From Octopus sinensis (Eukaryota), in contig NW_021832194.1 of assembly GCF_006345805.1 (NCBI RefSeq), positions 1 through 31,305 of the forward strand: a stretch of DNA of 31,305 bases. Direction: 5' to 3'. The notes under the pieces are model-generated. The model was given only the letters and a program-made list of their open reading frames with translations. It was not told the origin of the DNA and ran no database searches. The position numbers were made by a program, and so were the translations under genes. Shown here in pieces: positions 22,106 through 31,129 of this stretch (position 1 is its first letter; every line of letters begins with the position of its first letter).

Positions 22106-22364
22106 TCAAACACAAACATAATCTTTTACCAGTCTTAGAAATCGATTTGGGTGAAATATTTCTTCTGATCCAGTTAGAAAATAGAATGAGAGCACTTTGA
22201 AGATGAGTGCTAGTTCGTTGATGTTTTTAACTATGTGCTATACTTACGGGGGATTAAGTGTCCAAGTTATGTTTTTTATTAATCATAACTAGTCTGGGAA
22301 ATTGTTGATACCACCTCGTAATTAAATATTTGACGTTGACTCAGTGTTGTTGTTTATGTTGTTA

Positions 22365-22425
22365 TTGTCGTCGTTGCTGTTGTTGTTGTTGTGGTGGTGG
22401 TGATGGTGATTCGGCGGTGGTGGTA
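22365..22425. repeat. (GTT)n/(GGT)n microsatellite
   Basis: Direct reading. Confidence 0.85.
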
Positions 22426-23263
22426 TAACTATAAGTCGGATGAAGCAGATCTATATCACATCGTAGTTCGCCCAAATGACTGCACGACTCGCAGATCCGT
22501 TCTTCACGATAAAACATGCTTCGCCTTTATATTATTGAGAATCAACCACTCTTCAGATTCCAACAAGCAATGGCAGGAACATTTACGTGGTTGATCGACC
22601 TGCTAAAATTAAGAACCGAATATGCTTCCAATGTCATTGCACGATTTTGAAAATGGATTTACCATATAAAGGGATCAATTTTTTCAAAACGGTCACAACG
22701 TTGATGTAAGTTCATCACAGAGAAATTGGGTATATGTATGCATGCATGTGTGTGTATAAACACACACAGACACACACACGCATCTCATTGTGTCGTCCTT
22801 TGTTTTCTATTTTAGGCCCTTTTAACTGATGATAATAAAATAGCTTATGTCACCCTTACCCTCCCTCTTTCTGGGCATATGTTATCTCACTGAGATTTGT
22901 TCATGTGGTCATAGGGAATTTATAGCCATAGTAAATTAGGGGTTTGGAAGGAGTATCTGACACTAATTAATTTATTATCAGCAGCTAGAACTTAATTGTC
23001 AATTCCATGTAACTTTAATTCTTACTATACTAGATGCATTAGATCTTTTGATGGTGATAAGGAGATATATAAATGTAGCTGTTTTACTATCTCATGACCC
23101 TGATTGTTTTTCTCTTCCGCCACTCCAAATTATAGTTGGAGTATTTCTTCGCTAAGTTCATTCTGCTACAATAATAGCAAGCATGTAATTCTTTTATTCG
23201 CTAGTTCAGATAAAATATTTGCTAAAAAAAATTTAATGGAGTATTCTGTATGTTGAAAATGTA

Positions 23264-24874
23264 TAGTGGCGGCCAAAATGTTCAGAACGGCATTGTTTTT
23301 GTCATAAAAGTAAGTATAAGTTTTTATTAAAGTAGTTTTATATTCTATACTTTTCACAGACAATAAATACAATATTAATTGTTATTGATTGAGATTTTGG
23401 TGTAATTTGAGAGGAAAATACAAAAGTTATGGATGATTTAGTGATTTACTGCAAAACCCACGGCGGCCAAAATGATCAGAACGGTTGAAAAAATAACAAA
23501 ATAATCAAAAATGACAGAGAATACTGGAATTATTTGATATTTAGTGTGAAGCCCTTTAGCTTCAATCACACTCTGACATCTTTGACTGCATGAGGAAATT
23601 AAATTTTCAATTTCTTGCTGGGTGATCTTATTCCATTCTTCCTGAAGGGCATTCCATAATTGCTCAGTTGTTTTAGGATTTCTGGCTTTCGAACGTCCTC
23701 CTAGAATATTCCATACATTTTCAATAGGATTGAGATCTGGGCTTTGAGCAGGCCAATCCATAACAATAACCTTTTCAGCCTTAAGGAAGTTCATGACCAC
23801 CTTAGCCTTGTGACATGGGGCATTGTCCTGCATGAATATAGGTGGTCGCTTAGTTGAAGCACAGGCAAGACATGATCTTTTACAAGTTGTTTATGAACTC
23901 CTGCATTTACCTTTCCATGTAATCGTACCAAAGGGCCCACACCATCTCCAGATATCATCCCCCAAACCATGACACTTCCTCCACCGAATTTAACACTAGT
24001 CTTAAGGCATTTAGGCGACAATTTTTCACCTACTTTTCGACGAACGTACCTTTTCCCATCTGAGCCAAATAACATAAACTTAGATTCATCACTGAAATGC
24101 ACCGTTTGCCATTTTTCTTGAGACCACAACACATGTTCGGTTGCAAAGGTAAGACGACACATTTTATTCTTGGAGCTGATCAGTGGCTTCACTGCAGGTG
24201 CTCTTGCTTGTAGGTCATGTTCAACTAAACGACGAGACACAGTTTTTCGAGATAAAGTTTTCTTCAATACAATACTCATTTTCCGAGAAACAGCAGCAGC
24301 AGTTTTAAATCTGTCCTTTTTAACCAACTTTAGCATAGCACGATCTTCTCTCTTGGTCGTTTTTCTTGGCGTACCTGTAAACTTTCTTGCTTCACACGAA
24401 CCACAATCATCGTAGACCTCAAGAATACCGTGTACAACACTTTTTGACTTGTTAACAATCTTTGCAATAGATCCAATACTTAAATTATCCTTCCTTCGAA
24501 GCTTAATAATCTGCTGACGAATTGGTAACGGAGTAAGTGGCATTATATTAACAAAGTACACTGCAAATATTCTTACTAATGTTTAGTCACGTAAACAAAT
24601 TCAAAACATTAGAGTTCGCCGGTTAAATATACTAAAACACGGAGTAAAAGCAACCGTTCTGATCATTTTGGCCGCCATGGGTTTTGCAGTAAATCACTAA
24701 ATCATCCATTATTTTTGTATAATCCTCTCAAATTACACCAAAATCTCAGGTAATAACAAATAATATCGTATTTATTGTCTGTGAAAATTATAGAATATAA
24801 AACAACTTTGATAAAAAATTATATCGACTTTTCTGACGAAAACAATGCCGTTCTGAACATTTTGGCCGCCACTG
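23264..24874 (-). mobile_element. Full-length Tc1-family transposon, IR-DR type, 1611 bp
   Basis: ~224-bp TIRs (23264-23487; 24651-24874), each with outer and inner ggcggccaaaatg(t/a)tcagaacgg direct repeats; TA flanks at 23262-63 and 24875-76. Confidence 0.97.
23534..24543 (-). pseudogene. Tc1 DD34E transposase, one frameshift near 23845
   Basis: GTPRKTT, ARAPAVKPL, VHFSDESKF, VKFGGGSVMVWG, QDNAPCH, WPAQSPDLNPIENVW (34 residues D to E), GLHTKY; the expected stop after TKY reads CAA. Confidence 0.95.
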
Positions 24875-25264
24875 TATATGGTCTTATGGATCCGAAGAAG
24901 GCAGTGTATTTCAAATTGGTGTAATGTTTGCATTGTTTGATTAAATGGAGCAGCCTGAAATGGCCGTCATGCACTAATACCTTGACATCCTTGTTATTTA
25001 TTTGCTTATAATATATATATATATATGGTGGTGGTGAGGATGATGACGATGGTAGAGGGTAGAAGACGTAAGCTATTTGCAGAGAAACCCTTACTATTAT
25101 CTGATGTATCAAAATAAATAACATTTATATTAAATAAATGAGGGATAGAGAACTTGTGAAATTCATAAGGGAAAAGAAATATATATAAGTATATATATAC
25201 ATATATGTGTGTGTTTTATGTATATATATGTACATACACACACATACATGCACGCACACTCACG

Positions 25265-25300
<36 letters not shown>

Positions 25301-25746
25301 AAACGGCAAACAGGACAAAAACAAGATACACGGATCATTCGCAGCCGATTTGTGCATCAGTCGGAGTGCGGAAAGTCATTGTAGTTTCGCTCCCTTATCT
25401 CCGATACTACTCGCATCCGGTGCCAGGGACTTAAGCTAAAAGCATTAAACCTCTAGGAAAGGCAAACGAATGTATACAAGAACAAAAAGAGGAACAGAAA
25501 CAAAAGCGAGAAGTGTGTGTGTGTGTGTGTGTGCGCGCGCGGGTACTCGCATGCACAGCAACTCCATTTGCTAACCATGAACTATAAAATAACTTTTTTA
25601 GCTTAACGATCTTCGATATGGGGAAAATTTACAACTTTCTACGTCAATAAATCGCTATTGTTCCTGAAAGTTGTTTTTCATACCTTCCACGGAATGCTCG
25701 AAGTTTACTAACTTCCTACACCTGGAACCTTGGATCTCACCTTTAC

Positions 25747-25747
<1 letters not shown>

Positions 25748-25827
<80 letters not shown>

Positions 25828-25849
25828 CGTGTATGTGTGTGTGTGTTAG

Positions 25850-25905
<56 letters not shown>

Positions 25906-25925
25906 AGTATGTATGTGTGTGTGTG
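25748..25925. repeat. (TG)n(TA)n microsatellite
   Basis: Direct reading. Confidence 0.95.
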
Positions 25926-25939
25926 CAGTTAAGTATATG

Positions 25940-26033
25940 TCCGGTCATGTGCCTTCGAATCTAGATTCTGACGAGTCGTCCATGGAACTAAGCTCTTTAT
26001 GGATACGAAACCATTCGTTACTGTATGACCGGA
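25940..26033 (+). ncRNA. Solo type I hammerhead-like motif
   Basis: CTGACGA 25968-25974; stem II GT..TCCATGGA/TTTATGGA..AC; GAAAC 26007-26011; GTT 26017-26019; distal stem I tccggtcatg/tatgaccgga; proximal stem I poorly paired. Confidence 0.55.
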
Positions 26034-26099
26034 AATGTGCTTTGTTGCGTATAGATACATTACGGTACTATGCTTTAGAGTGTGCTTCTTTTTCGGATA

Positions 26100-26390
26100 T
26101 ATGATACACAATGTCCGGCGAATATGGTCGGTGGGGCATCATTTCCCATTCAAACTGCTCCAACCTTTAGAATGTCATCCTCACTGTATGTGGACGAGAA
26201 TTATCCTAATGGACAAACACCTTTCATCTTGAAACCAAAGATGGTCGTTTTTCTTCTAGTGCTGACTTAAGCCACTCAAGCTGCTCGCAGTAGATCTTTG
26301 TTATCATTTGGTTTGGGTTTAAAAGTTGAAAGTGAACTAAATCTTTCATATCCCACCAAACAGATAACAACATCTTATGTGGGTGAAGAC
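26100..26390 (-). pseudogene. Mariner transposase fragment
   Basis: Minus frame H*DNSRPHTVRMTF*RLEQFEWEMMPHRPYSPDIV (HDNARPH and WEVLPHPPYSPDL motifs). Confidence 0.8.
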
Positions 26391-26450
26391 CTTCTTCAGC
26401 CTGGTGTGTCTGTGTTTCTCATTTCCCTACCCACAGTCTTTGGCGCTTGA

Positions 26451-26953
26451 CATATGAATATGGATAAATAAATAAATAAGAATAAATGAGTGAATATAAC
26501 TCTACTCCTACAGCTGTTCCTACTTTGGGGGTCCAGCATGCCAAAGTTGACATATCATACCAAGATAATACAAAGATTGTACAAAAATTGAACAAGAATT
26601 GGATAGAAATTGGACAAAAGTTGAACCCCAAGGCTTCATCAGAGAGTCCATAATGGCAGGAATTAAACAAGTAAAGAAGTAAAATAAAATAATAAAAATA
26701 CTAAAGAATAGTAAAAATTAAATTCTTTAGTATCTTTATTATTTTATTTTACTTTTTTACTTGATTAATTCTATTATGGACTCTCTGATGAAGCTTTGGG
26801 GTTCAACCTTTGTCCAATTTCTATCCAATTCTTGTTCAATTTTTGTTCAATATTTGTATAATATTGGTTTGATGTGTTAACTTTGGAATGCTGAGTAGAG
26901 TTATATTCACACATTTATTCTTATCTATTTATCTATTTATTCATATTCATATG
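26451..26953. repeat. Palindrome C: ~500-bp imperfect inverted repeat, 12-nt spacer (26710-26721)
   Basis: 26451-26709 is the reverse complement of 26722-26953, apart from scattered substitutions and a 27-bp segment present only in the left arm. Confidence 0.95.
26504..26647 (-). ncRNA. Type I hammerhead ribozyme motif with long loop II, degenerate
   Basis: Minus: actct-CTGATGA-agc(c/t)ttggggttca ... tggacccccaaagta-GGAAC-AGCT-GTA-ggagt. 5-bp stem I; GAAAC reads GGAAC. Confidence 0.6.
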
Positions 26954-27530
26954 ATGTAATTAATTAATAAATGGAGCTAGCTGATGTTTGTCAATTTATT
27001 TTCTTCTCCAATTTCTTCCTTGCCTTATAAATTCTGCTTAAACTTTTGTGTACCTCCACACATACCTATTATTCAATTGCACTATTGCCTTGCAACAGTA
27101 AACATTTGGATATATATAGGTATATCCAGTAGTATATTGGATATTTATTATCCCTTAGATTGTTGTCTGACCTGTAACTCATATATACGTATGAGTATCT
27201 GTCATTTTAATGAATTTTAATTATCTTTTTCTGATTAAATCTGAAAAGAAACAGCAATTTTAGCAAAACATATTAAGCAACACTAATAACAAATCATAAA
27301 ACATAAAAATAAACAAGCTTTTGACTGTTCGCTGCTGGGAAGCTTTGTGCCTTCGTTCCGACAAATATTTTTTCTTTTAAACACAGTATATCCGTAGATA
27401 TAATCTTTGGCCGAATGTCACAATAAATTTGCTTTTCAGCTAAGAATGATATATAAATGGCTATTTTAATCACTGTTGCAATTGCATACACAGAATACAA
27501 TCACGCTCACGCGCACATATAATAAACATA

Positions 27531-28276
27531 GGCGTGACTGTGTGGTAAGGAGCTTGTTTCCAAACCACATGGTTCCGTTTTCAGTCTCACTGCGTGTCAC
27601 TTTGGGCACGTGTTTTTAACCGCTGGCTGGCCAAAGCCTTCTAAATGGATTTTGTTGGTGGAAACTGAAAGAAACATGTATGTTATGGCGAGAATCATGA
27701 CGCCCCCTGTGAGAACTCGTATGAGTAGCCGAACTCGTATGAGTAGCCGAACTCGTATAAGTAGCAGCGTCTTTGATTGAGAGCGACAGATGAGAAATCG
27801 AAGGCAGTCGAAAGTTGTCATTCATGAGTTCGTGGAGTCGCAGGAAATTGCTGAGAAGTTGTTTTAGTTCGTTGAGAGTTGTTTTTTGGATTGCTTACAG
27901 TTGTTGGCAGAATATTTGGTATACATCAAGTGGAGACAGTTGGTGTTTACCTCATTCTGTGGTACTACATATCACACTGCATTCGTGCACGACACTAAGG
28001 TGACGTATGCAGAAATCATGTTATAAAAATGTATACATATTTATGTGTGTGTGTGTATCTTTGTGTTTATCCATACGCTAGCGCTAGACAACCGATGTTG
28101 GTGTGTTTGTGATCCCGTAACTAGCATTTCGGCCAAAGAGACCGATAGAATAAGAACTAGGCTTACAGAGAATAAGCTCTGGATCGGTTTCTTCGACTAA
28201 AATCCTTTAAGGCGGTGCTTCGGTACAGCCACAGTCAAATAACGAAACAAGTAAAAAAATAAAAGAATAAAAGAAT
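27531..28276 (+). mobile_element. tRNA-derived SINE split by a ~330-bp insertion
   Basis: Head gtggtaaggagcttgtttccaaaccacatggttcc (27531-27680); tail gacaaccgatgttggtg..gaccgatagaataag..ggcggtgct..aacaagtaaaa (28040-28276). Confidence 0.85.
27713..27766. repeat. 18-bp tandem repeat x3 (gaactcgtatgagtagcc)
   Basis: Two exact copies plus one with 2 mismatches. Confidence 0.95.
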
Positions 28277-28299
28277 ATATATAAATACACACACACACA

Positions 28300-28349
<50 letters not shown>

Positions 28350-28371
28350 CACACACACACACACATATATA

Positions 28372-28545
28372 GGGAGAGTTTACGAAAAAAACAAAAGACG
28401 AAGACAGGTGGTGTACAAAATAAACAGATGTATTAGTATAACGCTCAGGAATAGAAAAAGTCTTTTATGTTTCGAGCCTACGCTCTTCTACAGAAAGGGA
28501 CACAGAAAAAACAAGGAGAGAAAAAAATGTGTGCAGTGGCTAACG
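28372..28545 (-). mobile_element. Penelope-terminus-like repeat with eroded hammerhead-like motif
   Basis: Minus 28493-28460: CTGTAGA-A-GAGC-GTAG-GCTC-GAAAC-ataaaagac; 3' end runs into (TA)(TG)n. Confidence 0.45.
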
Positions 28546-28723
28546 ATCTATATACACACACAACATACACACATATAGTGAGACAGAGAGAAAGAAATAA
28601 AGAAAGAAAGAGAGAAAAAATGAAAGAAAGAGATAGAGATAGAGAGAGTAGGTGAAAGCTTAGTATACATAACACAGGATAGTGTTCAAATGCATCGGAA
28701 TTTAAACTCCAACTGCTGCATCC

Positions 28724-28789
28724 ATGGCCAGCACCTGCGCATTGAAAGATACCTATAAGAACAATCCTTATCGAGGAGTTATGGAAGAA
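28724..28789 (+). CDS. Candidate first coding exon of an unknown host gene (MASTCALKDTYKNNPYRGVMEE)
   Basis: ccATGG context, 22 open codons of non-repetitive sequence, phase-0 donor GAA|gtaagg at 28790; no homology recognised. Confidence 0.25.
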
Positions 28790-29148
28790 GTAAGGTAGAT
28801 AAACACATTACATTTGAACTTGTCTATCGATGCACACCTTTGATATCATGCACGTATTATTTATGATTTATGATTATTATCATGCACGTATTATTTATGA
28901 TTTTGGTTACTGTTATGACCGTCTTGAAACAACTGTTGAGATAATATTTTACATATTTCTTCTCTTCTGTTTTCATTTCTTTTTCCTTTATTTTGGAATC
29001 TGTATTCTGCGCTCCAAGTAACTACACGTCTCAAGCCTATATGTGTTTAACCACCTTACTACCTATCTCTCTCTCTCTCTGTCTCTCTCTCTATCTCTCT
29101 GTCTCTCTTAATCTCTCTTTGTATATAAAGAGAGATTATATATATATA

Positions 29149-29437
29149 TATCACGTGATCATGTGACCGACCAGACCATCAGATGTTGTTACACATCGCT
29201 GGTCACAATGCATTCGAATGACGACACCCCGCTGGCTAAGCGAGCCGGCCAACAGAAGAAAGAGTGAGAGAAAGTGTGGTGAAAGAGTACAGCAGAGATC
29301 ACTACCCCCTGCCGGAGCCTCGTGGAGCTTTTGAGGTGTTTTCGCTCAATAAACACTCACAACGCCCGGTCTAGGAAACGAAACCGCGATCCTACGACCG
29401 CGAGTCCGCTGCCCTAACCACTGGGCCATTGCGCCTC

Positions 29438-29440
<3 letters not shown>
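29149..29440 (-). mobile_element. tRNA-derived SINE (tRNA-Arg-like head), full length
   Basis: Minus: gaggcgcaatggcccagtggttagggcagcggactcgcggtcgtaggatcgcggtttcg; same family as 5189-5475. Confidence 0.9.
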
Positions 29441-29468
<28 letters not shown>

Positions 29469-29471
<3 letters not shown>

Positions 29472-29597
29472 CAAAATAAGTAACAAGGATATCCAGAGGT
29501 AATGAAGTACGATCGTTTCATGCGGCTCCATTCAATTGAACAATACAATCATTTCATTACATCAATTTAAAATGTAGACCAATCTCTCTCTATATAT
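29469..29597 (-). repeat. ~130-bp direct repeat, copy 1, with hammerhead 3' half
   Basis: Near-identical to 30329-30458; minus strand has cat-GAAAC-GATC-GTA at 29522-29508. Confidence 0.9.
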
Positions 29598-29863
29598 AAT
29601 ACACACACACACACCACACACACACACATATATATATGATATATATATATATTTTGTGAAATAGAAAGATGAATAATCTTGTTGCAGATTAATCAAAAGT
29701 TTAATAACCGATACCTTGGTAGCCAAAATCACAGCAGAAGACAGCACGGTTGGAGGTACAACCATATGGTATTGCAACCGTGCGTTGGTGCGGATAATTG
29801 AATTTTAATATTATTGGTGAATTGAAGAAATGGAGTTGAACGAAGATTGAACAGAAATCGTTT

Positions 29864-29956
29864 TATTGCATTCTACACGTGTTTCGAAAGGCACAATTTA
29901 CCAAATTCCGATTGAATAAGGAGACCATATTGTGTCTTTCTCTTCAGGAAGAAATA
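29864..29956 (-). ncRNA. Type I hammerhead ribozyme, intact core
   Basis: Minus: ttc-CTGAAGA-GAAAG-a-CACAAT..ATTGTG-c-CTTTC-GAAAC-ACGT-GTA-gaa; predicted cleavage 3' of position 29874. Confidence 0.8.
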
Positions 29957-30149
29957 GGAATTCCGTTGGAAAAAACAAAAACAGAACAGAGGCGGAGCAA
30001 AACAAATCGAACGCGGCTCCTAAGAGCCCATGGCCAAACTCTTGGGCATGGGCTCTTAGGAGCCAAACTTTGGCCATGGCTCTTAGGAGCCGCGTTCGAT
30101 TTGTTTTGCTCCGCCTCTGTTCTGTTTTTGTTTTTTCCAACGGAATTCC

Positions 30150-30241
30150 TATTTCTTCCTGAAGAGAAAGACACAATATGGTCTCCTTATTCAATCGGAA
30201 TTTGGTAAATTGTGCTTTCGAAACACGTGTAGAATGCAATA
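30150..30241 (+). ncRNA. Type I hammerhead ribozyme, intact core
   Basis: CTGAAGA 30159-30165; stem II GAAAG/CTTTC plus CACAAT/ATTGTG; GAAAC 30220-30224; ACGT; GTA 30229-30231; stem I ttc/gaa plus tatt/aata; predicted cleavage after 30231. Confidence 0.85.
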
Positions 30242-30297
30242 AAACGATTTCTGTTCAATCTTCGTTCAACTCCATTTCTTCTATTCACCTATATATA

Positions 30298-30328
<31 letters not shown>

Positions 30329-30331
<3 letters not shown>

Positions 30332-30458
30332 CAAAATAAGTAACAAGGATATCCAGCGGTATTGCAGTACGATCGTTTCATGCGGTTCCATTCAATTGAA
30401 AAATACAATCATTTCATTACATCAATTTAAAATGTAGAGCAATCCTCTCTCTATATAT
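30329..30458 (-). repeat. ~130-bp direct repeat, copy 2, with hammerhead 3' half
   Basis: Near-identical to 29469-29597; tacgatcgtttc at 30368-30379. Confidence 0.9.
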
Positions 30459-30464
30459 ATACAC

Positions 30465-30556
<92 letters not shown>

Positions 30557-30655
30557 CATATATGTATGTATGTATGCATGTTTGTATGTATGTATGTATG
30601 TATGTATGTATGTATGTATGTATGTATGTATGAGCGTATGTATGTATGTGCGTGC
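30455..30655. repeat. (TA)n/(TATG)n microsatellite
   Basis: Direct reading. Confidence 0.95.
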
Positions 30656-30659
30656 GTAG

Positions 30660-30848
30660 TATGTGTGGTGTCCGTGTTTTGTGTTTTCCCCCAACATTCC
30701 TTCAAAAACCGGTGTTTGTGGGGTTAAGTCCCCGTAACTTACGGTTCGGTAAAAGAGAGCGATAGAATAGGTACCAGGCTTTAAAACAATTAGTACTGGG
30801 GCCGATTCATTCGACTGAAAATTCGTCAAGGCCGTGCCAGAGTCAAAG
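30660..30848 (+). mobile_element. SINE 3' portion (27531 family)
   Basis: gtccccgtaactta.cggttcggtaaaagagagcgatagaataggtaccaggcttt..ctggggccgattcattcgactgaaa. Confidence 0.75.
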
Positions 30849-30860
30849 AACACACACACA

Positions 30861-30903
<43 letters not shown>

Positions 30904-31129
30904 TTATATTTATATGGATATATGCATACCTTTATATACAAGTAAATAAGGAGCAGAAAAGAGAAAGAGATAGGAAGAGAGGGAGACAGGGAGAGAAGGA
31001 GAGCATAATATGAGGTGAGAATTATTGGAGTCCAGCAGTGTAGTGTGACGTAACCAGACTAAAAATAATGTTCTATATTTGAAAGCTCTGTTGGGTAGTT
31101 TGGACAGTCGTTAACTTTGTGTGTTGTCT

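Larger units (their letters stand above)
29816..30289. repeat. Palindrome D: 474-bp near-perfect inverted repeat, 30-nt spacer (30039-30068)
   Basis: Arms of about 222 bp differ by one substitution and two single-base indels. Confidence 0.97.

Noticed and set aside
22510-22560. Minus-strand CTGAAGA..GAAGC as a hammerhead
   Set aside because: Stem II ends are not complementary and the GAAA box is broken.
25355-25400. GAAAC..CTGATGC as a type II hammerhead
   Set aside because: No GUH site and wrong core.
25650-25745. Mariner TIR-like end (ggaaccttggatctcaccttta)
   Set aside because: Resemblance from memory only; no partner TIR found in the window.
27713-27766. Possible CRISPR-like array
   Set aside because: Contiguous 18-bp units with no spacers, in eukaryotic DNA.
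29879-30239. Mirror-image ORF pairs on both strands
   Set aside because: Produced by palindrome D symmetry; no recognisable domain.
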